NCBI GenBank assembly: GCA_049517415.1
Contig: JBEKSC010000027.1
Span: forward strand, 1 to 37,287
Length of the DNA: 37,287 bases
Direction of reading: 5' to 3'
From: Candidatus Bathyarchaeia archaeon
GTDB lineage: Archaea; Thermoproteota; Bathyarchaeia; 40CM-2-53-6
The position numbers and the translations under genes are program-made. This document shows, in pieces, positions 7,545 to 16,607 of the stretch; position 1 is the stretch's first letter, and every line of letters starts with the position of its first letter. The notes under the pieces were generated by a model. It was not told where the DNA came from. It was given only the letters and a program-made list of their open reading frames with translations, and searched no databases.

Positions 7545-9587
7545 CTAGAGCTTACCCACTATTACAACCTTCTTGGCCTTAACTTCGAACTTGGCTGTGG
7601 TTCCGGTTGGCTCGGCTGTTCCGTACACTTCAATCTCTTTTCCAATCATGGTGCCTAGTTCTCCCTTTTCCAGGACGAGTTGCGGGTCACCTTCCTTAAG
7701 CATTTGTTCCATAGCAACCGCGGGGTTTCTTGATGTGAACTTTGTTGGTTCGAGGCCAGAGATAGTTACCTCGGCCACGCCGGTTCCGTCATCGACCTTG
7801 AATCGGCCCATGAACCCGACCTTACCTGCCTTCACTGATTTGCAGTTTGAGCAATTGAACTTCTCTCCTAAGATAGTTAGTGGCGAGTCACATGTTTCGC
7901 AAAGAGCTAGAAGTTTCGGGTCGCCGAGGATTTCGAGGATTATGCCCTTAACCCAAGTGGTTAGGCCCGGTTCGAGTGCTATCACATGTCGGATATCCTC
8001 CCAAGCGGGTCTTTCACTCACCGGCTGCTCGAGCGTCTGGATTTTGGTTGCGGGCACTGAACTTAGCTCAAGTTCCCCTCCGAGTCCTGCCCTTACCCTC
8101 AGTCCAGTGAGCCTTACGCGTGTTCCCGGCTTCAACGGCGTGACCGTGGCAACTTGATCTCTCCAGAAAGTTGTCTTCGCCGAGCCGCTATCGTCGCGAA
8201 GTGTGAAGGATGCCAGGTTGACTGTTTCCCCCTTGCCAGTTACGACCTGCCTCGCAGAAGGCTGGTCGCAGATAGAACCTTCCACAATCAAAAGGCCCTT
8301 CGCGTTCTTGAGGGAATCTAACTTCGTTACCGTTTTCGCTTCAATCATTCTTGTTGATTTTTGTAATACACCTGACCTTCCAACGCTCAGGCTTATCTCT
8401 CCCAATCTTTCTCGAATCGAGACTCCGCGGAGGTCGACGGTTTCACCCTCTACAAGTTTGTCAACGAGTTCCGCTTTGTCGTCCCAGAGGGACAGGGAAA
8501 CGATCCCGCTTTCATCAGCAACAATGAGCCTTGCAACTTTCGCAGTTCCCCCCGTTGCCCCTTTGATTTCCTGAATTGGGCCCTTGGCTAGCACGGAAAC
8601 TGACAGGTCCACCGAAGCAAGTTGGCCGGTAAGATCTCCGAGCTTGTAGATCTTGGCCAGGGGCAACTTCAGGTAGTCGGGAGGCGTTTGGAGAATCTCT
8701 ATTTGGCTTCGGCTTTCAACGTGCAGTTCAGGACGGGCATTATTGTCCAACCGCGTTCTTGCGTTGAGAACCTGCACAATCTCGCCTTTCTTAACTTCCC
8801 GCATCTCTTCAGCTCGCTCGTTCCACGCGACAAGGGGCATACTCCCAGATTCGTCTGCGATAACGGTTCTAAGAACGCTGCCGGGCCGGTCCTCCTTCTG
8901 AAAGGTATAATGCCTCGGCTCGGCCTGTATTACGCCCACAACGTTCAGTTGGAACGTATCAACCGCCAATTTGCCAATGGGCGTGAACAGTTCACGAAAT
9001 TCGGGGAAGTCAGTGGTTGGCATGTCTTGTGGGTCGACCTCTATGCTTGCTCGATCGCCTGCGTGGACTTCAGTGTCCCCTGCCAGCCCTTGCCGGGTGT
9101 AGGCATGACCGATCCGTAGGACTCTACCCTGCAGGCTCCCAGCTCTCGAGAGCACATCGACATGCTTGTCCCAAAATGCGCAGCGAACACGGCCAGTTCT
9201 ATCGATTATTACGAGCCGCATAACTCGACCTGGCGTTCCGTCGCGACGCTGAAATTGCTGAGGAGGGTACGCCAATAGCACACGGCCTGAGATGCTTACG
9301 TCGTTAAGGCCGCTGACGAGGCCCTTCACTTGCATTCTCCCTAGTTCAGTTCCGCGAGTTTGTACCAGAAGCTCTTCAGCCACAAGCCTGGCTGCACCTT
9401 CATCCGAGAGTAAGCCACGGCCTTCCTTCTTTTTCTCGTCTATGAGTGCGAGAACTTGGTCTTGTGATAGGTCAGGCCGTTTGGAGAGAATGCCCTCCAC
9501 AATTGGTTGGATTGACGACTGGAATGCGTTCGCCCCGCTATGAATTTCTGCCCTAGTTCGTGGGATGCAGAAGCTAAGTCTTCTCAT
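7545..9587 (-). CDS. rpa: Replication protein A-like ssDNA-binding protein (multiple OB folds + C4 Zn ribbon)
   Basis: N-terminal GLLSDEGAARLVA; repeated OB-fold D.TG/D.SG...W motifs; CETC...CSNC; DDGTG. Start uncertain (ATG9587 lies ~20 nt below a TTATAA; GTG9500 is an alternative). Confidence 0.88.
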   Translation of the reverse strand: MRRLSFCIPRTRAEIHSGANAFQSSIQPIVEGILSKRPDLSQDQVLALIDEKKKEGRGLLSDEGAARLVAEELLVQTRGTELGRMQVKGLVSGLNDVSISGRVLLAYPPQQFQRRDGTPGRVMRLVIIDRTGRVRCAFWDKHVDVLSRAGSLQGRVLRIGHAYTRQGLAGDTEVHAGDRASIEVDPQDMPTTDFPEFRELFTPIGKLAVDTFQLNVVGVIQAEPRHYTFQKEDRPGSVLRTVIADESGSMPLVAWNERAEEMREVKKGEIVQVLNARTRLDNNARPELHVESRSQIEILQTPPDYLKLPLAKIYKLGDLTGQLASVDLSVSVLAKGPIQEIKGATGGTAKVARLIVADESGIVSLSLWDDKAELVDKLVEGETVDLRGVSIRERLGEISLSVGRSGVLQKSTRMIEAKTVTKLDSLKNAKGLLIVEGSICDQPSARQVVTGKGETVNLASFTLRDDSGSAKTTFWRDQVATVTPLKPGTRVRLTGLRVRAGLGGELELSSVPATKIQTLEQPVSERPAWEDIRHVIALEPGLTTWVKGIILEILGDPKLLALCETCDSPLTILGEKFNCSNCKSVKAGKVGFMGRFKVDDGTGVAEVTISGLEPTKFTSRNPAVAMEQMLKEGDPQLVLEKGELGTMIGKEIEVYGTAEPTGTTAKFEVKAKKVVIVGKL

Positions 9588-9675
9588 TGGTAGGTTTGGC
9601 CGCAAATTATAAGGTACATCAATGTTCAGTTTACGGAACATTAATATAACACACTCCATGCCGTTGAAAGTCAGA

Positions 9676-9794
9676 GCGGTGGGCGAGCTGACAACGCTCC
9701 ACGTGCAAACGCACGGTCGCGTGTCCCCGCCCTACCGCCATTATCCAAGATATGAAAAGGACCGCAAAACAATTCAACCAAGAGCACGGTCCTT
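9676..9794 (+). ncRNA. Candidate structured RNA/5' leader (multi-stem)
   Basis: Closing stem GCGGTGGGCG/CGCCC(T)ACCGC, internal hairpins GAGC-7nt-GCTC and CGTGC-AAAC-GCACG, then AAGGACCG/CGGTCCTT. TTAATATA lies at 9641-9648. Confidence 0.35.
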
Positions 9795-9807
9795 AAACTG
9801 ATTCCAT

Positions 9808-10074
9808 ATGGAAGCGCCATATGAGAAAGTTGGCAGAATCACGCACTTCTACTCGAAAGCAAGCGTAGCCGTGCTCGAGTTAACTGCGCCACTCAACAAA
9901 GGCGATAAGATCGTTATTCGAGGCAGCACTACCAACATTGAACAGCTCGTAGAATCGATGGAAATTGAACACAAACAGATCGCTAACGCCCAAGCCGGAC
10001 AAAGCGTGGGCATGAAAGTATCCGGCCACGTTAGAGAGAACGACATCGTTTACAGAGTAAAGCCGTCAGCATGA
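9808..10074 (+). CDS. Small translation-factor-type beta-barrel protein (EF-Tu domain II/U32 C-terminal-like)
   Basis: VGRITHFYSKASVAV, L..GD.I.I.G, SMEIEH and A.AGQSVG.KV...VRE.D.VY. Confidence 0.85.
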   Translation: MEAPYEKVGRITHFYSKASVAVLELTAPLNKGDKIVIRGSTTNIEQLVESMEIEHKQIANAQAGQSVGMKVSGHVRENDIVYRVKPSA

Positions 10075-10163
10075 ATTCCATCGGCATTTGAATTAAGGTC
10101 CAGCGATTCCCACAACCTTAGAATAGCAGGCAACTGGTTTAGCGCGGTTGAATCGTGATCAGT

Positions 10164-10472
10164 ATGGGAGAGGTTACTATCGAGGGAACTGTACTTGTGG
10201 TTACGCCTATTCAATCCTCTCAAGGAAGGACGATGGTTCAGATAACGTTAGGCGATACGCTGAAGGGCCCCGTAACCTTGCCGCTTGATATGGATAGGGA
10301 GATGGCAGGCGTAACGATAGCCGTCCAAAGAGTTCTAACACAGCTTCCCGGCGTCGGCCAACAACTCGGCACACCTCGCCTCATTGTCACACTGACCGAA
10401 GATGAATACCAGGAGATGGGGCGTCCAAGGTACCCGGACCACGTGACAATCACATTGAAAGTGCAAACCTAA
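10164..10472 (+). CDS. Arcadin-1-like small protein (tentative)
   Basis: Beta-rich N-terminus, central amphipathic helix and C-terminal PRLIVTLTEDEYQEMGRP...VTITL resemble the arcadin-1 family from memory. Confidence 0.5.
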   Translation: MGEVTIEGTVLVVTPIQSSQGRTMVQITLGDTLKGPVTLPLDMDREMAGVTIAVQRVLTQLPGVGQQLGTPRLIVTLTEDEYQEMGRPRYPDHVTITLKVQT

Positions 10473-10558
10473 CCGCGTAATACCCTAGATTTCAACTATG
10501 TTCTAATTCGCCGCGTTGCGAAGGATTGATGAAAGGCTGAATGTAGCAGGCGTTCCTC

Positions 10559-11524
10559 ATGGAATATGTGAATCTTGGGAGAGCAGGCGTCAAAGTGTCG
10601 CGGATATGCTTGGGGTGCATGTCATTTGGCAATGACGCAGCTTGGAAACTTGAAGTCAACGAAGCCCAGAAATTACTGAAGAAAGCACTGGATCTTGGAA
10701 TAAACTTCTTCGATACCGCGAACGCTTACTCCTCAGGCCGATCCGAGGAAATTACGGGCGAATGCTTGAAAGGGGACCGAGAAAATGTCATCATCGCGAC
10801 GAAAGTCTACTTTCCTACAGGCGATGGCCCGAACGACTCAGGCCTTTCCCGTCGACACATCATGAATCAAATCAAATCGTCCTTGAAACGTCTGCAGACG
10901 GACCACGTTGACCTATACCAGATCCATCGATGGGACTACAATACCCCTATCCAGGAAACCATGCGCGCACTTGACGAAGCCGTTCACCAAGGGTCGACGC
11001 ATTACATTGGTGCTTCGAGCATGTTCGCCTGGCAGTTTCTCAAAGCGTTACAAACAAGCGATCGGCTAGGCCTGGAAAGATTCGTCAGCATGCAAAACCA
11101 CTACAACCTCCTATACCGTGAGGAAGAGCGAGAGATGATTCCGCTCTGCAAGGAGGAGGGAATCGCCTTAATTCCCTGGAGTCCGCTTGCCCGAGGCTTT
11201 CTGACGGGAAGATATAAACGGGGTGAAAAACCGAAGAGCACTCGCTATGAGGGCGACGAGCACCTAGCAGGCCGATACTTTAGGCCTGAAGACTTTGATG
11301 TATCGGAGACGGTTGAATCATTGGCGATGCAAAAGGGGGTTACGCCTGCTCAAGTTGCTCTCTCGTGGTTACTCCATAAAGGCGTAACTTCACCGATAAT
11401 CGGAGCAACAAAAGTCGAGCATATCGAAGAAGCGGTAGCGTCGATTGATGTGAAACTCGATGCAGAAGAGATGAAACGTTTAGAAGCGGAGTACAAGCCC
11501 CACCCCATATTAGGCCACCAATAA
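10559..11524 (+). CDS. Aldo/keto reductase
   Basis: LGCMSFG, GINFFDTANAYS.G.SE, ATKV, DLYQIHRWD, QNHYNL and IPWSPLARG. Confidence 0.95.
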   Translation: MEYVNLGRAGVKVSRICLGCMSFGNDAAWKLEVNEAQKLLKKALDLGINFFDTANAYSSGRSEEITGECLKGDRENVIIATKVYFPTGDGPNDSGLSRRHIMNQIKSSLKRLQTDHVDLYQIHRWDYNTPIQETMRALDEAVHQGSTHYIGASSMFAWQFLKALQTSDRLGLERFVSMQNHYNLLYREEEREMIPLCKEEGIALIPWSPLARGFLTGRYKRGEKPKSTRYEGDEHLAGRYFRPEDFDVSETVESLAMQKGVTPAQVALSWLLHKGVTSPIIGATKVEHIEEAVASIDVKLDAEEMKRLEAEYKPHPILGHQ

Positions 11525-11580
11525 TGTGCCTCGATTCTAGGACTACCAGAAATATGCTAATTATTCAATAGATTGCCGTG

Positions 11581-11820
11581 TCAAGTTTTCTGCCTTAGAC
11601 CATGTTCCCGTCTTCCTTTCGCAGTCAAGCTATAGCTGAAGGGTGCGATCAAATCTCTGTCAGACAGAAATCTTACGGCACTTTGAACCACATCGTATGA
11701 GGCTTCATTTTCGAAGGCTTTGTACAATGAAGCCAAAGTAACGTTGAGGTGTCCCTGCTTCTCCTCTTCTTGGTGAAGGAATTTGAGTATTTGTTCAGCC
11801 AGTTTCTTTACTTCGACCAT
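11581..11820 (-). CDS. Small winged-helix protein
   Basis: 79 aa helical protein ending in the wing motif YSLTAKG. Confidence 0.65.
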   Translation of the reverse strand: MVEVKKLAEQILKFLHQEEEKQGHLNVTLASLYKAFENEASYDVVQSAVRFLSDRDLIAPFSYSLTAKGRREHGLRQKT

Positions 11821-11968
11821 AACGATTCGATCTCAAGCAGACCTTGCTAGCCTTGTACGTTACGGTGACCACTTCGTAAACAATGTAGCGGTTGCTTTGC
11901 GGAATTCCGATGAGCTGGCGGGTTTGCCAGTACACGAAAGTGTTGTGCATTACGATGACAGTTGTTCT

Positions 11969-13099
11969 CTAGGCGTGCACTTTTTTCTGAAAGCGAAGGA
12001 AGCAGAGTGCGGCACAAATAGTGACTTCAAACAGGAGGCTCATGTACGGAAATTCAGGGATTGGTAGAACCTGCGGGGATTGTGGAGCTTGGGCTAGTCC
12101 AATTCTTCCTCCCGCATTCTCGGCCAGGCCGTCGTAATAGAGCCAATATCCATTAGCCCCGAAAACTACGTTGGGTTGCTCAACGCCCGCAGAATCCCAG
12201 GCACCCGGCCCACCGGGACTCAGAATAGGGTTCAATGAGGACCGCGTCCATGTTTTCCCGTCTGGTGAGGTGGCAAATCCAATTTGCGGTGTCAGGAGAC
12301 TCTGGTCCAAGCCAGAGTACCAGAGGCCAAACGTGGTCCCGTTGAAATACACAGAGGGGGTATAGACCCCGCTAGAATCCCATGCTGTCGGGTCCGATGA
12401 GGGCGAGAACACAGGTGAAGGCGCCTTGGCCCATTCTATTCCATCAAATGAAGTTGCATAGAGAATCCTAGAGTAAGGGTTGGATTTCGTGGAGGACGCG
12501 TTTCGCCCCACATACCACATAGTGTACGTGAGTTCGGTCTTGATCACGTACGGGCTGGCTATGTATCCTTGATCTATATCGGTTCCAGTGAGAACTGGGT
12601 TTCCCGCTAATTTGATCCACGTGACCCCGTCCTTCGAGTATGCGAACCCTACGGCCCCCGCTTGGTAAGTTGTTGGGTTGCTCCCTCTGTACCACATTAG
12701 AAAGAGGGTCCCGTTCCAGAGGACTGATCCCAATTCAACTGAAGCGCTATCCCAGGCGCCCTCTGGCCCAGGGATTAGAACAGGGCCCGGATATTTCATC
12801 CAGGTAACTCCATTCGTCGAACTCGCATAGCCGATCCCAGCAAATCCTGACATATTGCCCCCGTTGTACCACATTCTGTAGATCGTCCCATCATAGAGCA
12901 CCCTCGGACTGACTGTATAAGCAGAATCCCAACTGCCAAGTGTGCTGGCTAGGACCATAGGCGTTGGGCTGAGCACAGGGTTTCCCGAGTACTTGGCCCA
13001 GGTTCCGCCATCAGCGTAACTCAACTGTGGTAGAAAAGCCAACGTGGAAAGAAACAGAGCCACTGCTAATAGTAAGATTTTTTTCGATCGTGACGCCAA
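11969..13099 (-). CDS. Secreted five-bladed beta-propeller, glycoside-hydrolase-like, with PEF-CTERM-like anchor
   Basis: Signal peptide; five W.K...(N)PV..P...(W)DS..V..P.V-type repeats; C-terminal IPEFP + hydrophobic stretch + basic tail. TTG13099 follows a GGAGG SD. Confidence 0.85.
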   Translation of the reverse strand: MASRSKKILLLAVALFLSTLAFLPQLSYADGGTWAKYSGNPVLSPTPMVLASTLGSWDSAYTVSPRVLYDGTIYRMWYNGGNMSGFAGIGYASSTNGVTWMKYPGPVLIPGPEGAWDSASVELGSVLWNGTLFLMWYRGSNPTTYQAGAVGFAYSKDGVTWIKLAGNPVLTGTDIDQGYIASPYVIKTELTYTMWYVGRNASSTKSNPYSRILYATSFDGIEWAKAPSPVFSPSSDPTAWDSSGVYTPSVYFNGTTFGLWYSGLDQSLLTPQIGFATSPDGKTWTRSSLNPILSPGGPGAWDSAGVEQPNVVFGANGYWLYYDGLAENAGGRIGLAQAPQSPQVLPIPEFPYMSLLFEVTICAALCFLRFQKKVHA

Positions 13100-13122
13100 A
13101 CCGATTCCTCCAAGTGCGAAGG

Positions 13123-13130
13123 AAAAAAAA
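13123..13130 (-). terminator. Oligo-T (T8) archaeal terminator-like tract
   Basis: Eight A on the + strand, about 18 nt after the stop of 13149..13610. Confidence 0.45.
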
Positions 13131-13148
13131 TGGGTTTGGGTTCGTGCC

Positions 13149-13610
13149 CTATGCTTGGAATGCTGGTTGAGCGATGACATGTTGACGCGCTATGGCAGAC
13201 GCAGAGACTGCAGTATGCCTTAGAGCGAAACAGATGACGCCCGCAACGAGTATCAGGACAGCGCTCAGGGTGTTGAGTACGGTCGTCGTGCTTGATCCGC
13301 GGAAGCTACCAATTAATCCTAAACTGAAGATTAGCAGTAGAGCTCCGAAGATCAGCCCTCTGATCCCTGCTTCGGATAGCATGCGTTTGGTCGTTAGCGA
13401 GTAGCAATGGATCGCTCCGAGGGAACAGATTACGGTTATGCCGAGTACCACGAGGAATTCTGTGCCAAGGTTTGATGGTAAAGTGAAGGGGTAGATGCTG
13501 GCAATGGGGAGCGTCAGAAGACTCATGACCAGGCTTACGACGCCACCGATTACGAACATAACGGCCGCGAGGTCAACGAACCCGTGCTTTACTGGGGAAA
13601 TCCCATTCAT
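13149..13610 (-). CDS. 4-TM membrane protein of unknown function (paralog of 2874..3260)
   Basis: Shares GF.DLAA..FVIGG, CSL..HCY.LTTKR.LS.AG.RG and SLGLIG with 2874..3260; GAGGA SD. Confidence 0.8.
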   Translation of the reverse strand: MNGISPVKHGFVDLAAVMFVIGGVVSLVMSLLTLPIASIYPFTLPSNLGTEFLVVLGITVICSLGAIHCYSLTTKRMLSEAGIRGLIFGALLLIFSLGLIGSFRGSSTTTVLNTLSAVLILVAGVICFALRHTAVSASAIARQHVIAQPAFQA

Positions 13611-13728
13611 ATTCCTCGAACCTCTTGAGCGTTACCTTAGCATGGTATCGGTTAATTGTAATTACACTTAGTAGAAATTCAGCACCCGAAGTAGAAACCC
13701 TAGAAACACCCCGACCATGTGGATTTTT

Positions 13729-14505
13729 CTAACCTTGAACGTTTTTCTGTAGCATTGCGTCCTGAAAATTGAAATTCGATTCTATCAGTTTCGAGAGAAA
13801 GACTTCGAGTTCGAAGAATTCCAACTTGTATTTACATTTTAACGGTGGCATGACTCGGCGGTGCTTGACTCCTACTGAAATATCCGCAAGCTGGAAGGCG
13901 GGGTCATCTGCCTCCGAATCCCCCAGATAAATCACCGGCCCTGTCACACCCATTTCCTTGCGCAAGTTAGCAAAAGCCGCGCCCTTGTCCAATTCAAATG
14001 GAAAGATGTTCGCGAAGGGGCTGATTTTGGATTCGACGACATACATCCCCTGGTCCTTACAGAGCGCGAGTACGGGTTCAGCTTTTCTATGCGCTTCATC
14101 CCAATTTCGCGATAGCCTCCAATCAATGCAGAAAGCCATCAGGCCGCCGTCCTCTGTTTCCTTCCTTTCTACCATGATGTTGTCGCGGATCTGAAGGATC
14201 TTTTTGAGGGCGTCTTGGTACGTTTTCTCGAGCTTTGGATTAGGTTCGCGGACGCGTTCGTCGATGGTGATTTTGTCGCCTACTTGCATCTCCAATCCGG
14301 ATGTAGCGGCGTAGCCGTGTGCAAATGGTACTCGGTCCTTGATGAAGTAAAGGTCCTTGGTCGTTATGATGCCTAGCTTGACCCCTTTGCTCGCTTTGGT
14401 GAGCACCCTCCTTAGTCTAGGTGAGATAAACGCGTCTTCTCGTCGAAGTTCCAGGGCGCATAGAGTACCATCATAGTCGGAGAAAATTGCATCTAGCTGC
14501 GTCAT
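13729..14505 (-). CDS. HAD-superfamily subclass IIB sugar-phosphate phosphatase (trehalose-phosphatase-like)
   Basis: Motif I FSDYDGTL, motif II TT, DKG and motif IV GDSEAD; start ATG14505. Confidence 0.85.
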   Translation of the reverse strand: MTQLDAIFSDYDGTLCALELRREDAFISPRLRRVLTKASKGVKLGIITTKDLYFIKDRVPFAHGYAATSGLEMQVGDKITIDERVREPNPKLEKTYQDALKKILQIRDNIMVERKETEDGGLMAFCIDWRLSRNWDEAHRKAEPVLALCKDQGMYVVESKISPFANIFPFELDKGAAFANLRKEMGVTGPVIYLGDSEADDPAFQLADISVGVKHRRVMPPLKCKYKLEFFELEVFLSKLIESNFNFQDAMLQKNVQG

Positions 14506-14567
14506 TTTAGGAACCAGTCCCCACACGGTAGACATGCCGTTATAACGCTGGTGGCTCATAGGAGTAT

Positions 14568-16394
14568 TTGCGTGAGCTCCCCTTGAAGCTGAGGATTGGT
14601 GTCATAATGTATCAGACGAGCCGCTCCAAGGGACAAGAACTTGTGGCTCAAAGAATGGTGAGCTATTTTAGGCGACTCGGCCACGCGGCATACTTGATCA
14701 CCAGCCTTAACCATGATGGAAAGGAGATCGCCAGTGAAGAGTCTCTCGGAGAGAAGGGATATGTTCAGGTAAATGACGGTGAATTGGATATCCCGATTAT
14801 TCGTGTGGGCAGTTTTACTTCTAAATGGCCTCCCCGCCGGGTCAGCCTGAAGGACGTGGTCCACGCCTTGGAGGGAATTGTCAATGATTTCGGGCTTAAC
14901 GTATTGATAACTCACAGCACGATGTGGAATGGGCCGGAAGAAGTCGCGAAGTTTGTGGAATGGAGACGAAACATAAAGGAACTAGGCGGATTCCAGGACC
15001 CGCTGATATTTTGTCACATGTCCCATTTTCAGGAACCCTCAGCCCGGAGATACTCGGTTGTTGAACGTTCTTTCAGAATGGCCTGGAACCGTCTTTCATT
15101 GAGAACAATACTTCGTGTCGCTAACTTGGTCCTCGTAGTTACTCCTTACGAGGAGAAGGCAAAAATAAAGATGGGCGCCCTTCGGAACAAGTGTGTTCTT
15201 TTCCCTGGAGGAGTTGACGATAACGAGTTCATCCGTTTCGCAACGTCAAGCCCAGGAGAACTACTGCAGCGCTTCAACCTTCCTCGCTATGCGAGGATAG
15301 TTGCGTACCTTGGAACGATCGAGGAACGGAAGAATACAATGGCGGTTCTTGAGGTTGCTGAAAAGTTGAAGGATAGAAAGGAAATTCATTTTGTCATAGC
15401 TGGTTCAGGTGATTCAGAATACGCTGAGCAAGTGATCGAGAGGGCGAAGGGACTGGTGAACGTTACGTATCTTGGTGAAATTGGAGAAAAGGAAAAAGTG
15501 CAACTCATCGAAGCTTCCTACCTCAATATTCTGCTTAGCAGGATGGAGGCTCTAGGGTTGACTCAACTTGAATTCATGTTCCGGGGCGTACCGGTGATCA
15601 CTTCGGGCGTCGGCGGGCAATCGTGGATTGTTAGAGACGGGCAGGAAGGCGTCCACGTGAAGGGGCCTAGCGACGTTGAAGGGGCCGCCCATGCGGTAGT
15701 GGAACTGGTCGAAGATAGTTCAAGGCGGGAGAAATACTCGGGTAATGCGATGAAAAGGGCTGGAGAATTCACGCTCACAAAATTGATCGGAAAATTGGAC
15801 CAGGCCCTTACGAAAGAAATCGAAGAGGAAAGTGGTCTTGCGAAACTGCCAGAGGAAGTCAGATCCACGCTTTCAGAACCGGAGGTAGTAGCTCGTACCT
15901 GGTCCCATGGCTCGCAGAGGGTTGTTGCCACGAATAAGAGGGTGTTCATTCAACAGGGCCGGCTTTCCAGGAGCACCACGGAGATACCTTACTCAAACAT
16001 CAGTTCGATAGAACACATCAGGCGTTACAATTGGAAAACTCTCGTTGTCGGCGCCGCCTTATCAGTTCTAATGTTCATTCAGCACTACGTGTTCCCAATA
16101 GTTTCGAGGATACTTACTTCCAAGATCGATATCGTAGCGGCAAGCCTGCTCCCCGGCTTACGGGCGCAGTTGGTGCAGGCTCTAGCGAATCTTTGGTTAG
16201 TTCCCATTTCATTCGCCCTTTTATTGTTCCTAATTAGGGGTCGAAGAGGATACGCCGTCCAAGGAGCAAGACTTAGCCCCGTATTCCTATCCTACTCGTT
16301 CAAGAAATCGATAGAGTACATTCACGAGAAACAGGATCTGGGTTATTCAACCGAAGGAAGCACAGCCAGTCTCATAGACGAAAAAGCGGAATAG
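14568..16394 (+). CDS. GT4 glycosyltransferase fused to a C-terminal PH-like domain with TM hairpin
   Basis: GT-B motifs G.IEERKN, EALGLTQLE and GVPVI. C-terminal VVATNKRVFI...EIPYSNISSIE followed by two hydrophobic segments. TTG start with AGGAG SD. Confidence 0.88.
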   Translation: MRELPLKLRIGVIMYQTSRSKGQELVAQRMVSYFRRLGHAAYLITSLNHDGKEIASEESLGEKGYVQVNDGELDIPIIRVGSFTSKWPPRRVSLKDVVHALEGIVNDFGLNVLITHSTMWNGPEEVAKFVEWRRNIKELGGFQDPLIFCHMSHFQEPSARRYSVVERSFRMAWNRLSLRTILRVANLVLVVTPYEEKAKIKMGALRNKCVLFPGGVDDNEFIRFATSSPGELLQRFNLPRYARIVAYLGTIEERKNTMAVLEVAEKLKDRKEIHFVIAGSGDSEYAEQVIERAKGLVNVTYLGEIGEKEKVQLIEASYLNILLSRMEALGLTQLEFMFRGVPVITSGVGGQSWIVRDGQEGVHVKGPSDVEGAAHAVVELVEDSSRREKYSGNAMKRAGEFTLTKLIGKLDQALTKEIEEESGLAKLPEEVRSTLSEPEVVARTWSHGSQRVVATNKRVFIQQGRLSRSTTEIPYSNISSIEHIRRYNWKTLVVGAALSVLMFIQHYVFPIVSRILTSKIDIVAASLLPGLRAQLVQALANLWLVPISFALLLFLIRGRRGYAVQGARLSPVFLSYSFKKSIEYIHEKQDLGYSTEGSTASLIDEKAE

Positions 16395-16418
16395 GTGTCG
16401 CGAATTCAGAGCGGTTTT

Positions 16419-16607
16419 TCAAAGTAGTGGCATAATTTCTATCTTGGGCACGCGGATGGCTTTTCGTCTTATCTCCGCTGAAGCGAATCCAAGAGTCCCG
16501 CAATGTTGTTCACAATCTTCTGCTAAGTCAATTTCGCTGTAGCCGGAACCGCAGAACTCACAGACGAAAAGTGTAGTTCCGCCGTGTCGGGTTTCCTTGT
16601 TTACCAA
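16419..16607 (-). CDS. Small zinc-finger protein
   Basis: FVCEFCG.GY.....AEDCEQHC in a 62-aa ORF. Confidence 0.75.
   Translation of the reverse strand: MVNKETRHGGTTLFVCEFCGSGYSEIDLAEDCEQHCGTLGFASAEIRRKAIRVPKIEIMPLL

Noticed and set aside
5769..9663. 16-bp inverted match AACACACTCCATGCCG at 9648-9663 and the trpB2 start (5769-5784)
   Set aside because: About 0.3 such matches are expected by chance in 37 kb (N^2/4^16); no transposase or target-site duplication is present.
9676..9740. Possible tRNA gene (acceptor-like stem, terminal CCA)
   Set aside because: No TTCRA T-loop, no D-loop GG, no proper anticodon arm and no discriminator spacing; kept only as a generic structured-RNA candidate.
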